From Candidatus Omnitrophota bacterium (GTDB lineage Bacteria > Omnitrophota > Gorgyraeia > Gorgyraeales > Gorgyraeaceae): 64,000 nt of DNA. The stretch covers positions 10,930-74,929 of the forward strand of contig JAHJQM010000010.1 of the NCBI GenBank assembly GCA_018819285.1. Direction: 5' to 3'. Shown here in pieces: positions 1 through 9,705 of this stretch. The notes beneath the pieces were generated by a model, which did no database searches, was not told where the DNA came from, and saw nothing but the letters and a program-made list of their open reading frames with translations. The translations under genes and the position numbers were made by a program. Each line of letters starts with the position of its first letter. The first letter of the stretch is position 1.

Positions 1-663
1 CATAATGAAAACTGGCACGCAGGGGTGATGGGTATTGTTGCTTCCAGGATATCAGATAGATTTAACAGGCCAGCGATCCTTATTTCAACTAAAGACGGTA
101 TAGGAAGAGGCTCTGGGAGGTCTATTGAAAATTTCCATTTATTCGAAGCACTCAGCAGCTGCGAGGAATTCTTAAAAGAATACGGAGGGCACCAATATGC
201 GTGTGGCCTGACTATACTTGAAAAAAATCTGGCTGGATTTATAAAATTGATAAATGAATTAGCTGTCAACACCATGACAACAGAAGATTTAATCCAATCG
301 CTTTGTATTGATATGGATATAGAGTTAAACATGCTCGATTATAAAATAGCAGAGGATATAGCGAAGCTTGAACCTTTCGGAGAAGGAAATCCTGAGCCGA
401 TATTTTGTTCCAGAAATCTGAGATTAGCTCAGCCGTTGAGGGTATTGAAAGGAGAGCATATTAAATTTCAAGTTACTGATGGTAAGAAAAATTTTGAGGC
501 AATAGGGTTTGGGATGGCTAGGGATAGCGATATAGAACTTGCGCTGAGAAATAATATTATGTTTGATATGGCTTATACTGTTTCGCTTAATAATTGGCAG
601 GGTGTAAGTACTGTTCAGCTGAAGATAGAGGATATCAAGCCTTCTGGACCTTGCCGGCTTTAA
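1..663 (+). CDS. recJ: single-stranded-DNA-specific exonuclease RecJ, C-terminal part (5' end lies outside the window)
   Basis: ORF stays open to position 1. Translation (…GIVASRISDRFNRPAILIS…GGHQYACGLTI…) matches the RecJ DHHA1/OB-fold C-terminal region. Confidence 0.8.
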   Translation, partial: HNENWHAGVMGIVASRISDRFNRPAILISTKDGIGRGSGRSIENFHLFEALSSCEEFLKEYGGHQYACGLTILEKNLAGFIKLINELAVNTMTTEDLIQSLCIDMDIELNMLDYKIAEDIAKLEPFGEGNPEPIFCSRNLRLAQPLRVLKGEHIKFQVTDGKKNFEAIGFGMARDSDIELALRNNIMFDMAYTVSLNNWQGVSTVQLKIEDIKPSGPCRL

Positions 664-862
664 GGCAGGATGTGCATATCTTTATTGTTTTTACAGTGCC
701 TTTTACAATAATCTTAGCAGCCTGCAGATTAGGCATAAATCTTCTTCGGTTTACTCCTGTTATCTTTAATCCTACGCCGCCTTTTGCTTTTGCCAAACCT
801 CTTCGCGCAATGGTTCTTCCCGCTATAGGCCTTTTTCCGCATATTTCACAAACTTTTGACAT
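635..862 (-). CDS. rpmB: 50S ribosomal protein L28
   Basis: MSKVCEICGKRPIAGRTIARRGLAKAKGGVGLKITGVNRRRFMPNLQ… is a typical L28. The internal ATG at 862 was chosen over the longer ORF start at 913. Confidence 0.85.
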   Translation of the reverse strand: MSKVCEICGKRPIAGRTIARRGLAKAKGGVGLKITGVNRRRFMPNLQAAKIIVKGTVKTIKICTSCLKAGKVQKA

Positions 863-997
863 GTATAAATCTCCTTTATTTGTATAATGATTTAGGTTAG
901 AATAATAGCACAATATAATTATATATGCAAGGAGAATTTCTAATCAAATTTAAACAAACTCTAGACTTAAAGCCAAAGAATATTTTATTTCTATAAA

Positions 998-2638
998 ATG
1001 AAATATCAAACTATTGCGGATAAAAATATAATAATCTATTTTATTTTAATAATATCTTTAGGTTTCGTTGTTTATTTTAATTCTATAAACAGTGGCTTTA
1101 TCTGGGATGATCATCTTCTAGTTAAGGATAATCTTTACATAAGAAATTTGCCTAACATAGGGAAGTTTTTTAGCGGGGCTATATCTACGGATACTAATAC
1201 AAAGTATTTTTTTTATCGCCCCCTTCAGATGGTTAGTTATGCGATAGAGTATTCATTGTGGAAATTAGACGCTAGGGGGTACCATCTTGTAAATATCTTT
1301 TTACATATTTCAGTAGCTTTCGCTATCATTTGGTTTATTAATATTCTTTACGCTGATATCTTTCTGGCATGCCTTACAGCTATTCTATTTATCGTTCATC
1401 CTGTACATATAGAATCAGTAAGTTATATTTCCGGACTTTCAGATATGTTAGGGGCGTTATTTATCTTTATTTGTCTATCCCTTTATATACGCTCGAAATC
1501 TTATGCAATTATTGGACTAACTTATATTGCCGCATTATTATCTAGGGAGACAGGCTTAATTCTTCCGGCATTAATTTTAATTTATCACTTTGCTTTCAAG
1601 AAAAAAATTAATTTTAAACATTTTCTTTTTATTTTGGAAATAACTTTTACCTATATTTTATTAAGGGTTATTTTTTTAAAGCCAGAAATAATTTATTTTA
1701 CCAGTATTTTTCAAAGGGTTTTGGGTTTTTTTGCAGCTTTAACTACGTATTTTAGGCTGTTAGTATTTCCGCTTGACCTGCATATGGCATATGGGCTAAA
1801 AACATTTAGCTTGATCAACGCTAATGTAATAACAGGCTTTTTAATATTTGTTTTTCTTTTGTTTTATGCCTTAAAGAAAAAGAAAGATAACGAATTGATT
1901 TTTTTCTCTATTTTCTGGTTTTTAGTTGCGCTTTTACCGGTCTCAAATATTTATCCAATCAATGCTTATATGAGCGAGCATTGGTTGTATGTTCCATCGA
2001 TAGGTTTTTTTCTAATTTTGGCAAAAGGCCTAGTGTGTTTATACAAAAATAAAAATTTTTATCCTATTGCCATTATTTCTATCGTGACTCTATTAACTAT
2101 TTATTCTCTCTTGACTATTAGGCAGAATGAATATTGGAAAGATCCTGTATTTTTTTATAAAAGGACATTAAAATATGCTCCTCATGATTTGAGATTGTAT
2201 ATTAATCTTGGTAATGCGTATGCTGACACAGGTAAATTTCAGAAGGCAATATACTGGTACAAAAAAGCATTGATACGCGCGCCTAATAATTGGAAATTAT
2301 ATCTTAATCTAGGTGCAGCGTATGCTGATATGGGTAGATTGCAAAAGGCAGTACGCTGGTACAAAAAGGCATTAAAAATAAACCCGGATTCTATAAGTGT
2401 TTATAATAACTTAGGAGTGTTGTACATACGTCTTGGCAAATGTAAAGAGGCGATATCGTCATACAGGAAAGCATTAGAAATAAATCCAGATTATGCCAGG
2501 GCATATTTTGGTTTAGCTGAAGCTTATTTTTATGATAAGCAATATAATCTAGCTATTAAATATTGCGATGAAGCAGTTAAGTTTAAATACAATGTTCCAA
2601 AAGAATTTTTAGATATGTTGAACTCATATAGAAAATAG
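998..2638 (+). CDS. polytopic membrane protein with C-terminal TPR repeats (PMT_2/DUF1736-like glycosyltransferase-family-39-type N-terminal domain)
   Basis: About 10 predicted TM helices followed by at least four 34-aa TPR units (AYADTGKFQKAIYWYKKAL… repeated). Confidence 0.6.
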   Translation: MKYQTIADKNIIIYFILIISLGFVVYFNSINSGFIWDDHLLVKDNLYIRNLPNIGKFFSGAISTDTNTKYFFYRPLQMVSYAIEYSLWKLDARGYHLVNIFLHISVAFAIIWFINILYADIFLACLTAILFIVHPVHIESVSYISGLSDMLGALFIFICLSLYIRSKSYAIIGLTYIAALLSRETGLILPALILIYHFAFKKKINFKHFLFILEITFTYILLRVIFLKPEIIYFTSIFQRVLGFFAALTTYFRLLVFPLDLHMAYGLKTFSLINANVITGFLIFVFLLFYALKKKKDNELIFFSIFWFLVALLPVSNIYPINAYMSEHWLYVPSIGFFLILAKGLVCLYKNKNFYPIAIISIVTLLTIYSLLTIRQNEYWKDPVFFYKRTLKYAPHDLRLYINLGNAYADTGKFQKAIYWYKKALIRAPNNWKLYLNLGAAYADMGRLQKAVRWYKKALKINPDSISVYNNLGVLYIRLGKCKEAISSYRKALEINPDYARAYFGLAEAYFYDKQYNLAIKYCDEAVKFKYNVPKEFLDMLNSYRK

Positions 2639-2671
2639 CTTAAGATAATATAATGTGCAAGAAAAATAGAT

Positions 2672-3595
2672 ATGATAGACTATATTAAAAAAGCTTATAA
2701 ATTAATGGAATCGTGCAGGCTTTGTCCGCGTAAATGCGGAGTTGATAGATTGAAGGGCCAGACGGGATTCTGTAAAGCAGGGAAGTTGCCGATGGTTTCA
2801 AGTTTTCACGCTCATTTTGGCGAAGAGCCTCCAATCTCAGGCAGGAACGGCTCAGGTACGATATTTTTTACGCATTGCAGTCTCAGGTGCGTATTCTGTC
2901 AGAATAATCCTATAAGCCAGTTAGGCCAGGGCAAAGAAACAAGCGCAGAAGAACTAGCAGTCATGATGCTGAGATTACAGACAGAAGGCTGCCATAATAT
3001 AAATTTTGTAACGCCTACTCACTATATACCGCAGATGTTGGAAGCGATATTTATTGCAAGAGATAAGGGTTTGAAAGTTCCATTAGTTTATAATTGCGGC
3101 GGATATGAATCAGTAGAGGCCCTGGAGATTTTAGACGGGATAATTGATATATATATGCCAGATATGAAATATTCCGACAATACATCAGCTAAAAAATATT
3201 CAAATGCCCCGGATTATTTTGAGGTTAATAAAATTGCAGCAAAAGAGATGTACAGACAAGTAGGAGGTTTAAAGATGTATAGAGGCATTGCGAATAAAGG
3301 AATTTTGATAAGGCACCTTGTATTGCCTGAGGATTTAGCTGGCAGTCAGAAAATATTTGAATTTATCGCTAATGAGTTATCGCCAGATACATATGTTAAT
3401 ATAATGGCGCAATATTATCCGTGCCATTCAGCAAATAAATTTCCAGAAATAGACCGCAGGATCACTGCCAGAGAATACATAGAAGCGATCAAATTAGCTG
3501 AAAAAGCAGGCCTCAAAAACGGCTTCAGGCAGGTTATGAGTACTATAAAACGCAAACGTATCCCAGAATGGACTGACAACCTGAAAATAAGTTGA
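2672..3595 (+). CDS. radical SAM protein, PflX family (COG1313, putative activating enzyme)
   Basis: CPRKCGVDR…GFC N-terminal Cys cluster. GEEPPISGRNGSGTIFFTHCSLRCVFCQN radical-SAM motif. Confidence 0.75.
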   Translation: MIDYIKKAYKLMESCRLCPRKCGVDRLKGQTGFCKAGKLPMVSSFHAHFGEEPPISGRNGSGTIFFTHCSLRCVFCQNNPISQLGQGKETSAEELAVMMLRLQTEGCHNINFVTPTHYIPQMLEAIFIARDKGLKVPLVYNCGGYESVEALEILDGIIDIYMPDMKYSDNTSAKKYSNAPDYFEVNKIAAKEMYRQVGGLKMYRGIANKGILIRHLVLPEDLAGSQKIFEFIANELSPDTYVNIMAQYYPCHSANKFPEIDRRITAREYIEAIKLAEKAGLKNGFRQVMSTIKRKRIPEWTDNLKIS

Positions 3596-3622
3596 CACTC
3601 TAACATTGTCAGAGTGTCAACT
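3589..3622 (+). repeat. REP-like 35-bp palindromic hairpin element, copy A (AAGTTGACACTCTAACATTGTCAGAGTGTCAACTT)
   Basis: Seen in sequence. The TGA inside AGTTGAC is the stop codon of the upstream radical-SAM gene. One of 7 near-identical copies in the window. Confidence 0.9.
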
Positions 3623-5707
3623 TATAGGATGATGGGTATGAAAGATTTAAATATTTCTGCAAGATTTGTTAAGGGCGTCGGGCCTTCCAGGTTAAGTACA
3701 TTGAGCCATCTAGGCATAGAGACTATATATGACCTTCTTTATTGTTTTCCGCGCAGGCATGAGGACAGGAGCAGGATCAAGAAGATAACTGAGATAAGGC
3801 CTGGAAATTTTGAAACAATAAAAGTAAAGGTGCTTACCTTTGGAGACCGCATGTCAAAAAAAGGCATGAGTATATTTCAAGTGGCTGTCGGAGATTCTAC
3901 CGGGGTAGTTCACGCTACATGGTTCAATCAGCCGTATATGAAAGATAAATTTAAAATAGGCCAGGAATTGATTTTATATGGAAAGGTGGAAAAATATAAT
4001 TATCTGCAGATAAATAATCCTGAATACGAAATCTTAACTGGCACAAAAGAAGATTTTGTACATATAGCGAGAATTGTGCCTGTATACCCGCTTACTGAAA
4101 GTTTGAACCAGCGATGGTTCAGAAATATTATGAAATTTACAGTGGATAATTATGTGGACGAGGTTAGAGAGATATTGCCGTTTGAGATGCGCAAAAGAAA
4201 CAATCTCATGATACTTAAAGAAGCTGTGAGAAATATCCATTTTCCAGTGAGTGATTTGGTTCTGAAAAAAGCCAGGGAAAGGATTATATTTGACGAGTTT
4301 ATGATATTACAGACAGGTATTGCGTTAAAAAGAGCTAGTATCAAGATAGATTTGAGCGGTTATAGCCATAAATTGGAAGGCGACCTGATAGGCAAATTTA
4401 AAAATAATATGCCGTTTCAATTAACAAAAAGCCAGTCAAAGGTGATAAGAGAAATAGAAGAAGACATGAAGAGCCAAAAGCCGATGAATAGGCTTATACA
4501 GGGAGATGTTGGCAGTGGGAAAACAATAGTGGCTTTATATGCGCTTATTCTGACTGTTCAAAATGGATACCAGGGCGCTTTGATGGTTCCCACAGAGATA
4601 CTCGCAGAGCAGCATTATAGAAATATAAAGACATTGATAAAGCCTCTTGGAATAAATGTAATGCTTTTATCGGGAGATTTAAAAGAAGAAGAGCGCAGGC
4701 GCAGGCGGCAGATGATAGAAACAGGCGAGGCAGATATTATCATAGGCACTCATGCCCTTATTCAAGAAGGAGTCAATTTTAAAAAATTAGGCCTTGCAGT
4801 AATAGACGAACAGCACAAATTCGGAGTCATGCAAAGGGCAATATTAAAATCAAAATCACAAAATCCAGATATACTTGTTATGACAGCGACTCCTATACCA
4901 AGAACTCTGGCATTGACTGTTTATGGAGATATGGATGTGTCAACAATAGACGAATTGCCTCCTGGTAGAGGCGGCGTCAAGACGTTTTTCTTCGAAGAAA
5001 AAAATAGAGACAAAGCTTATAAGATCGCAGAAGAGGAAATAAAAATAGGCAGGCAAGTTTATATAGTTTATCCTATCATAGATGAATCAGAGAAATCAGA
5101 TTTGAGAGCAGCTATTAAGATGCATAAAGATCTGAGCCAGCGTTTTACTGATTTAAAAATAGGGCTTTTGCATGGAAGGATGAAATCAAAAGAAAAAGAG
5201 ACGGTAATGTGCGATTTTAAAGACCGTAAAATAGATATGCTGGTTTCAACCGTAGTTATAGAAGTAGGCGTGGATATCAGCAATGCCAGCGTGATGATTA
5301 TAGAGCATGCCGAAAGATTCGGGCTTAGCCAACTGCATCAATTAAGAGGTAGAATTGGAAGAGGTAAGCACATATCTTACTGCATATTAGTCAGCGAACC
5401 AAAGACAGATGATGCAAAACACAGGTTAAGCGCTATGCTGAATACCCAAGATGGTTTTAAGATAGCGGAAGCTGATCTTGAAATCAGAGGGCCTGGAGAA
5501 TTTTTCGGCACAAAGCAGCATGGCCTTCCTGAATTGAAGATAGCCAATATAGTAAGGGACAGGGATCTGTTAGAACTTGCTAAAGCAGAGGCATTTGATT
5601 TAATTAAAAGAGACAGGTTTTTAAGATTACCTGAAAACAGATTGATAAGAGATAGCCTTTTGTCTAAATTTAGCAAGGAAGACTTAGAACTGGCTTCAGT
5701 AGGATAA
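3614..5707 (+). CDS. recG: ATP-dependent DNA helicase RecG
   Basis: Wedge domain, DEAH-type helicase motifs (GDVGSGKT, DEQH) and a C-terminal helicase domain; 697 aa. Confidence 0.9.
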   Translation: MSTYRMMGMKDLNISARFVKGVGPSRLSTLSHLGIETIYDLLYCFPRRHEDRSRIKKITEIRPGNFETIKVKVLTFGDRMSKKGMSIFQVAVGDSTGVVHATWFNQPYMKDKFKIGQELILYGKVEKYNYLQINNPEYEILTGTKEDFVHIARIVPVYPLTESLNQRWFRNIMKFTVDNYVDEVREILPFEMRKRNNLMILKEAVRNIHFPVSDLVLKKARERIIFDEFMILQTGIALKRASIKIDLSGYSHKLEGDLIGKFKNNMPFQLTKSQSKVIREIEEDMKSQKPMNRLIQGDVGSGKTIVALYALILTVQNGYQGALMVPTEILAEQHYRNIKTLIKPLGINVMLLSGDLKEEERRRRRQMIETGEADIIIGTHALIQEGVNFKKLGLAVIDEQHKFGVMQRAILKSKSQNPDILVMTATPIPRTLALTVYGDMDVSTIDELPPGRGGVKTFFFEEKNRDKAYKIAEEEIKIGRQVYIVYPIIDESEKSDLRAAIKMHKDLSQRFTDLKIGLLHGRMKSKEKETVMCDFKDRKIDMLVSTVVIEVGVDISNASVMIIEHAERFGLSQLHQLRGRIGRGKHISYCILVSEPKTDDAKHRLSAMLNTQDGFKIAEADLEIRGPGEFFGTKQHGLPELKIANIVRDRDLLELAKAEAFDLIKRDRFLRLPENRLIRDSLLSKFSKEDLELASVG

Positions 5708-5744
5708 ACAACTGTGCTCAAGACCAGGTCTTGAGCACAGTTGT
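5708..5744 (+). repeat. perfect 17-bp-stem palindrome ACAACTGTGCTCAAGAC-CAG-GTCTTGAGCACAGTTGT (family 2, copy 1); likely recG terminator
   Basis: Seen in sequence immediately after the recG stop. Shares a 20-nt core with the element at 47789-47834. Confidence 0.85.
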
Positions 5745-5760
5745 TAGAAAGTAAATAGAT

Positions 5761-6324
5761 ATGAAAATAGTAGCAGGTGAATATAAAGGCAGGATCATAG
5801 ATATGCCGGTTGGAATAAGGCCTACGTCTGATAAAGTAAGAAAGTCTTTGTTTGAGATACTCAAAAATCAGATTGGAGGAGCAAGTTTTTTAGATCTTTA
5901 TTGCGGAAGCGGAGCAATAGGCATAGAGGCATTGTCGCGCGGCGCAGAAAAAACCGTATTTATTGATAATAATCATGGTTGTATCCCTGTCTTAAAAAAA
6001 AATCTGAATAAGATAGGAATTTCGCAAACTTCATATGACATATATAATAAAGATTGTATAAATGGTATAGGCATACTTCAAAAGTCAGGGGCTTCTTTTG
6101 ATATTGTATTTCTTGATCCTCCTTATTACATGGGCTTGGCTAAAAATACCTTGATAGAACTATCCAATTGTGATATACTAACGCCTAATGTTTTGGTTAT
6201 AGCAGAGGTATTTAAGAAAGAAAGTCTTCCTGAAGTATTGGGCAATTTCAAGAAAACCAAGTCGTATAAATACGGCGATACGCTATTGGAATTTTATGAA
6301 AAATATAGCCATATATCCAGGTAG
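5761..6324 (+). CDS. rsmD: 16S rRNA (guanine966-N2)-methyltransferase RsmD
   Basis: LDLYCGSGAIGIEALSRGA SAM-binding motif and DPPY motif; 187 aa. Confidence 0.8.
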   Translation: MKIVAGEYKGRIIDMPVGIRPTSDKVRKSLFEILKNQIGGASFLDLYCGSGAIGIEALSRGAEKTVFIDNNHGCIPVLKKNLNKIGISQTSYDIYNKDCINGIGILQKSGASFDIVFLDPPYYMGLAKNTLIELSNCDILTPNVLVIAEVFKKESLPEVLGNFKKTKSYKYGDTLLEFYEKYSHISR

Positions 6325-6772
6325 TTTTGACCCTATTACGTATGGGCATTTGGACATCATAAAAAGGGCAATCAAAATATTTGATAAAGTTATTGTAGCA
6401 GTGGCGCATAATAGCGAAAAAGACCCCCTTTTTAATGTTTCTGAAAGAGTCGAACTTTTAAAAAAGGTTACCAGAGGCATTAAAGGTGTTGAGATAGATG
6501 ATTTTCAAGGCCTAGTAGTAGATTATGTGAAAAGCAAAAAATCTAAAGTTGTCATAAGAGGACTCAGGATGATTTCAGATTTTGAATTTGAGTTTCAGAT
6601 GGCGCTTACAAACAGGAAACTTTCTAAAGATGTTGAGACAATATTCATGATGCCATCAGAGGCATATTCTTATCTGTCTTCAAAATTAATAAAGGAAGCT
6701 GCTAGCCTTGGAGCAAATTTAAAAGGTTTTGTGCCGGCATTTGTTGAAAAAGCAATAAAAGCGAAATTATGA
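6296..6772 (+). CDS. coaD: phosphopantetheine adenylyltransferase
   Basis: MKNIAIYPGSFDPITYGHLDII… (T/HxGH nucleotidyltransferase motif); 158 aa. Conserved rsmD-coaD gene order. Confidence 0.9.
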   Translation: MKNIAIYPGSFDPITYGHLDIIKRAIKIFDKVIVAVAHNSEKDPLFNVSERVELLKKVTRGIKGVEIDDFQGLVVDYVKSKKSKVVIRGLRMISDFEFEFQMALTNRKLSKDVETIFMMPSEAYSYLSSKLIKEAASLGANLKGFVPAFVEKAIKAKL

Positions 6773-7782
6773 ACTTTTTAGAAAAGATATACGAACGTGG
6801 CCGTAAGGCGAAGAAAAAGATTCTACTATCAGAACCGCACGATGAAAGAGTTCTTAGGGCCATAGAGAGTATTTTAAAATCCGGGATTTGTGTGCCTGTT
6901 CTGATAGGCGATCATGAAGAGGCAAATGGAGTGGCAAAAAAACAAGGGATAGATTTGAAAGGACTGGAGATAATAGATAATAAAAAATCAAAAGATTTGG
7001 ATAAATATGTAGCCTTATATTGCGAAAAACGTAAGCACAAAAAAATTAGTTCCGAAGATGCATTAAAAATAATCACAGAAAATCCTGTTTTTTACGCCAG
7101 CCTTATGGTTAGCGCTGGAGATGCAGATGGATCTGTGGCAGGCGCTTCTATAACTACCCGTGATGTTGCAAAAGCGGCTATCTATTGCATAGGCCCAGCA
7201 GAGAATATAAAAACAGTTTCGAGCTCAACGCTTTTAATACTGGACGATAAGACTCTCGGGTCTAACGGTATCTTTATATATGCTGATGCAGGTATCGTGC
7301 CTGATCCAACTGCAGACGAGCTGGCAGATATTGCAATATCAAGCGCAAGGATGGCAAAGATACTATTAGATGACCAGCCAAAGATTGCGATGTTGAGTTA
7401 CTCAACTAAAGGCAGCGGCGGCTCTAGTAAAAGCATACAGAAAGTCCAAGAAGCTACAAGGATTGCAAGAGAGAGAGAGCCTGACTTACTCATAGAAGGA
7501 GAAATACAGGTCGATTGTGCAGTAGTGCCGGAAGTAGCTCATAGAAAAGACCCTAATTCCAGAATTAAAGGCAGAGCAAATATTTTTATATTTCCAAATT
7601 TAGATGCCGGAAATATTTCATATAAATTAACTCAACGCCTTGCAAAAGCGCGCGCTATAGGACCGCTTCTCCAGGGTCTTCAGAAACCAGCCAGCGACCT
7701 GTCGCGCGGCTGCGATTTTCAGGATATTATAGATGCAGTTGCGATAACAGCTGTCAGGGCACAAGGCGGGTTATTAGTTTAG
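6769..7782 (+). CDS. pta: phosphate acetyltransferase
   Basis: PTA_PTB family similarity along the full length; 337 aa; immediately upstream of acetate kinase. Confidence 0.85.
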   Translation: MNFLEKIYERGRKAKKKILLSEPHDERVLRAIESILKSGICVPVLIGDHEEANGVAKKQGIDLKGLEIIDNKKSKDLDKYVALYCEKRKHKKISSEDALKIITENPVFYASLMVSAGDADGSVAGASITTRDVAKAAIYCIGPAENIKTVSSSTLLILDDKTLGSNGIFIYADAGIVPDPTADELADIAISSARMAKILLDDQPKIAMLSYSTKGSGGSSKSIQKVQEATRIAREREPDLLIEGEIQVDCAVVPEVAHRKDPNSRIKGRANIFIFPNLDAGNISYKLTQRLAKARAIGPLLQGLQKPASDLSRGCDFQDIIDAVAITAVRAQGGLLV

Positions 7783-7785
7783 AAC

Positions 7786-7852
7786 TAATTCCTTAGCTAA
7801 TTTACACCCGCTAAAGTTCTTTGACGGGTGTAAATTCAGAGGTGACTATACA
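7786..7852 (+). promoter_or_regulatory. conserved 5' leader cassette L1, copy 1: TTAATTCCTTAGCTAATT + 10-bp-stem hairpin (TTTACACCCG…CGGGTGTAAA) + AAATTCAGAGGTGACTATACA, then TTG start of ackA
   Basis: Seen in sequence. The same flanking motifs recur at 21901-21983 and 52021-52099. Confidence 0.7.
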
Positions 7853-8896
7853 TTGTTAATTCTTGTTTTAAATAGCGGGAGTTCTTCAATAAAATACAAG
7901 CTTTTTGATATTCAAGTTAGTTCGGAAAGGCTTTTGGATAAAGGGCTTTTAGAGAGGATAGGAGAAAAGATCCCTAGCCATAAAGAGGCTATTAATATTA
8001 TATTAGATAAGGCAGGGTCTAAGATAGATGCTGTGGGCCACAGGGTTGTGCATGGAGGCGACAGATTCAAGGAGTCTATTTTAATAGATGATAATGTTAT
8101 AAAAGCGATAGAGGATTTTATTGAACTGGCGCCGCTGCATAATCCGCCAAGCCTATTGACAATAAATGAATCGAGGAAAATACTCTCAAATATTCCCCAT
8201 GTGGCTGTATTTGATACAGCTTTTTATTATGACATGCCTGAGTATGCGTATTTTTATGCGATCCCCTATAAATTTTATGAAAAGTATAAGATTCGTAAAT
8301 ATGGTTTTCATGGAACCAGCCACAGATATGTATCTGAACAGGCAGAGCGTCTTTTAAAGAAGCCTTTAAATGAACTCAAGCTTATTACATGTCACCTTGG
8401 GAATGGGTGCAGCATAACCGCTGTAAAAAACGGCAAGGCAATTGATACAAGCATGGGTTTTACTCCTCTAGAAGGCCTTGTGATGGGCACGCGTTCAGGC
8501 GATCTGGACCCGGCTATCATACCTTATATAATGGAAAAAGAAAATATAGATGTAAATGCAGTTATGGATATTCTAAATAAAAAAAGCGGACTTTTAGGTA
8601 TTTCCGGGTTAAGCAACGACATGCGTGAACTGATGAAAGAAAAAGGCGCAAATAAAAAAGCAAAATTGGCGTTGGATATTTTTATTTACAGGATAAAAAA
8701 ATATATAGGTGCTTATATGGGCGTAATGTCAGGATGCGATGCAGTGATTTTCACAGGGGGCATAGGAGAGAATAACCCAGGCCTTATTGAGGAAATTTGT
8801 AAAGGCGTCGTTTCAAAGGAGACAAAGACCCTGGTGATTCCTACAGACGAAGAATTGATGATTGCCCGGGACACCTATCGCATTGCAGTAAGTTGA
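7853..8896 (+). CDS. ackA: acetate kinase (TTG start)
   Basis: LVLNSGSSSIKYKLF N-terminus and a C-terminal …VIPTDEELMIARDT… motif. TTG start 8 nt after a GAGGTGA Shine-Dalgarno. Confidence 0.85.
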   Translation: MLILVLNSGSSSIKYKLFDIQVSSERLLDKGLLERIGEKIPSHKEAINIILDKAGSKIDAVGHRVVHGGDRFKESILIDDNVIKAIEDFIELAPLHNPPSLLTINESRKILSNIPHVAVFDTAFYYDMPEYAYFYAIPYKFYEKYKIRKYGFHGTSHRYVSEQAERLLKKPLNELKLITCHLGNGCSITAVKNGKAIDTSMGFTPLEGLVMGTRSGDLDPAIIPYIMEKENIDVNAVMDILNKKSGLLGISGLSNDMRELMKEKGANKKAKLALDIFIYRIKKYIGAYMGVMSGCDAVIFTGGIGENNPGLIEEICKGVVSKETKTLVIPTDEELMIARDTYRIAVS

Positions 8897-8924
8897 CACT
8901 CTGACATTGTCAAAGTGTCAACTT
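8890..8924 (+). repeat. REP-like palindromic hairpin element, copy B
   Basis: AAGTTGACACTCTGACATTGTCAAAGTGTCAACTT followed by ATTTTG. Its internal TGA terminates ackA. Confidence 0.9.
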
Positions 8925-8935
8925 ATTTTGAAAAT

Positions 8936-9373
8936 ATGAAAATATATGTCGATAAGATACCAGAAGGCGGACTAGAATTATCCGAAAAGATCCAACCGGA
9001 AGCGCTTTTAATAGATACGGAAGGCATAAATTTTATTAAACCTATAGATGTAAAGGCGGATGTTTCAAAGATTTGCACTGAGATTTTTGTGGATGTTGCG
9101 CTGGAAACGTATGTAGAATACACATGCGGGAAATGCCTTAGCAAATTTGAAGATATTTTTAGAAAAAAGTTTAACATGGTACAGGAGGTCAGGCCTGCGG
9201 AAGTAGTGGAACTGGACGATGAGATAAGACAGGAGATAATACTAGATTGTCCTGTGAAAATTATTTGTAAAGCTGAATGCAAGGGGCTTTGTCCTAATTG
9301 CGGACAGAATCTAAATACAGGGGATTGTGGTTGCGAACATAATGGGCCGATTGAGAATCGGCCTCTACATTAA
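8936..9373 (+). CDS. yceD: YceD/DUF177 family protein (large-subunit rRNA accumulation protein)
   Basis: C-terminal CxxC…CPNCGQNL…CGC cysteine cluster. Conserved position directly upstream of rpmF-plsX. The ATG at 8936 was chosen so the start does not overlap the REP hairpin. Confidence 0.7.
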   Translation: MKIYVDKIPEGGLELSEKIQPEALLIDTEGINFIKPIDVKADVSKICTEIFVDVALETYVEYTCGKCLSKFEDIFRKKFNMVQEVRPAEVVELDDEIRQEIILDCPVKIICKAECKGLCPNCGQNLNTGDCGCEHNGPIENRPLH

Positions 9374-9383
9374 ATCTTGCTTT

Positions 9384-9430
9384 GTCCCGCCCTTTTGGCG
9401 GGCTACTAAGAAGACTCGCCAAAAGGGCGG
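9384..9430 (+). promoter_or_regulatory. GC-rich alternative-hairpin element in the yceD-rpmF spacer (CCCGCCCTTTTGGCGGGC … CGCCAAAAGGGCGGGG)
   Basis: Two 15-nt segments are exact reverse complements. Each can also fold locally, giving mutually exclusive structures. Confidence 0.5.
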
Positions 9431-9457
9431 GGCTTCGCAAAATATGGAGGTTACAAA

Positions 9458-9658
9458 ATGCCTTTACCGAAAAGAAGACATTCAAGTTCAAGACAGGGTA
9501 AAAGAAGAGGTTCTCAGAAAGTCCACGTGCAAAGCATTGCCATGTGTCCTAATTGCAAATCACCCAAATTGCCTCACCGCGTATGCAGCGTATGCGGCTA
9601 TTACAAAGGCAGGCAAGTGATACAGATTAAAGAGAAGAAGAAGAGGGAGAAAAAATAG
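9458..9658 (+). CDS. rpmF: 50S ribosomal protein L32
   Basis: MPLPKRRHSSSRQGKRR…CPNCKSPKLPHRVCSVCGYYKG; 66 aa. Confidence 0.9.
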   Translation: MPLPKRRHSSSRQGKRRGSQKVHVQSIAMCPNCKSPKLPHRVCSVCGYYKGRQVIQIKEKKKREKK

Positions 9659-9705
9659 TTTTTATTTTTGAGTTATCATTTATTGTTGCACAATGAGGGT
9701 TTTAT

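Noticed and set aside
594-913. The 97-aa + strand ORF (594-887) overlapping rpmB, and the 92-aa extent of the rpmB ORF
   Set aside because: The + strand ORF is antisense to a highly conserved L28 gene. For rpmB the internal ATG at 862 gives the canonical MSKVCEICGK N-terminus, so the upstream 17 codons were not included.
9327-9620. 97-aa ORF overlapping the yceD-rpmF spacer and rpmF in another frame
   Set aside because: It overlaps rpmF out of frame and the GC-rich hairpin element, and has no homology signal, so it is judged spurious.
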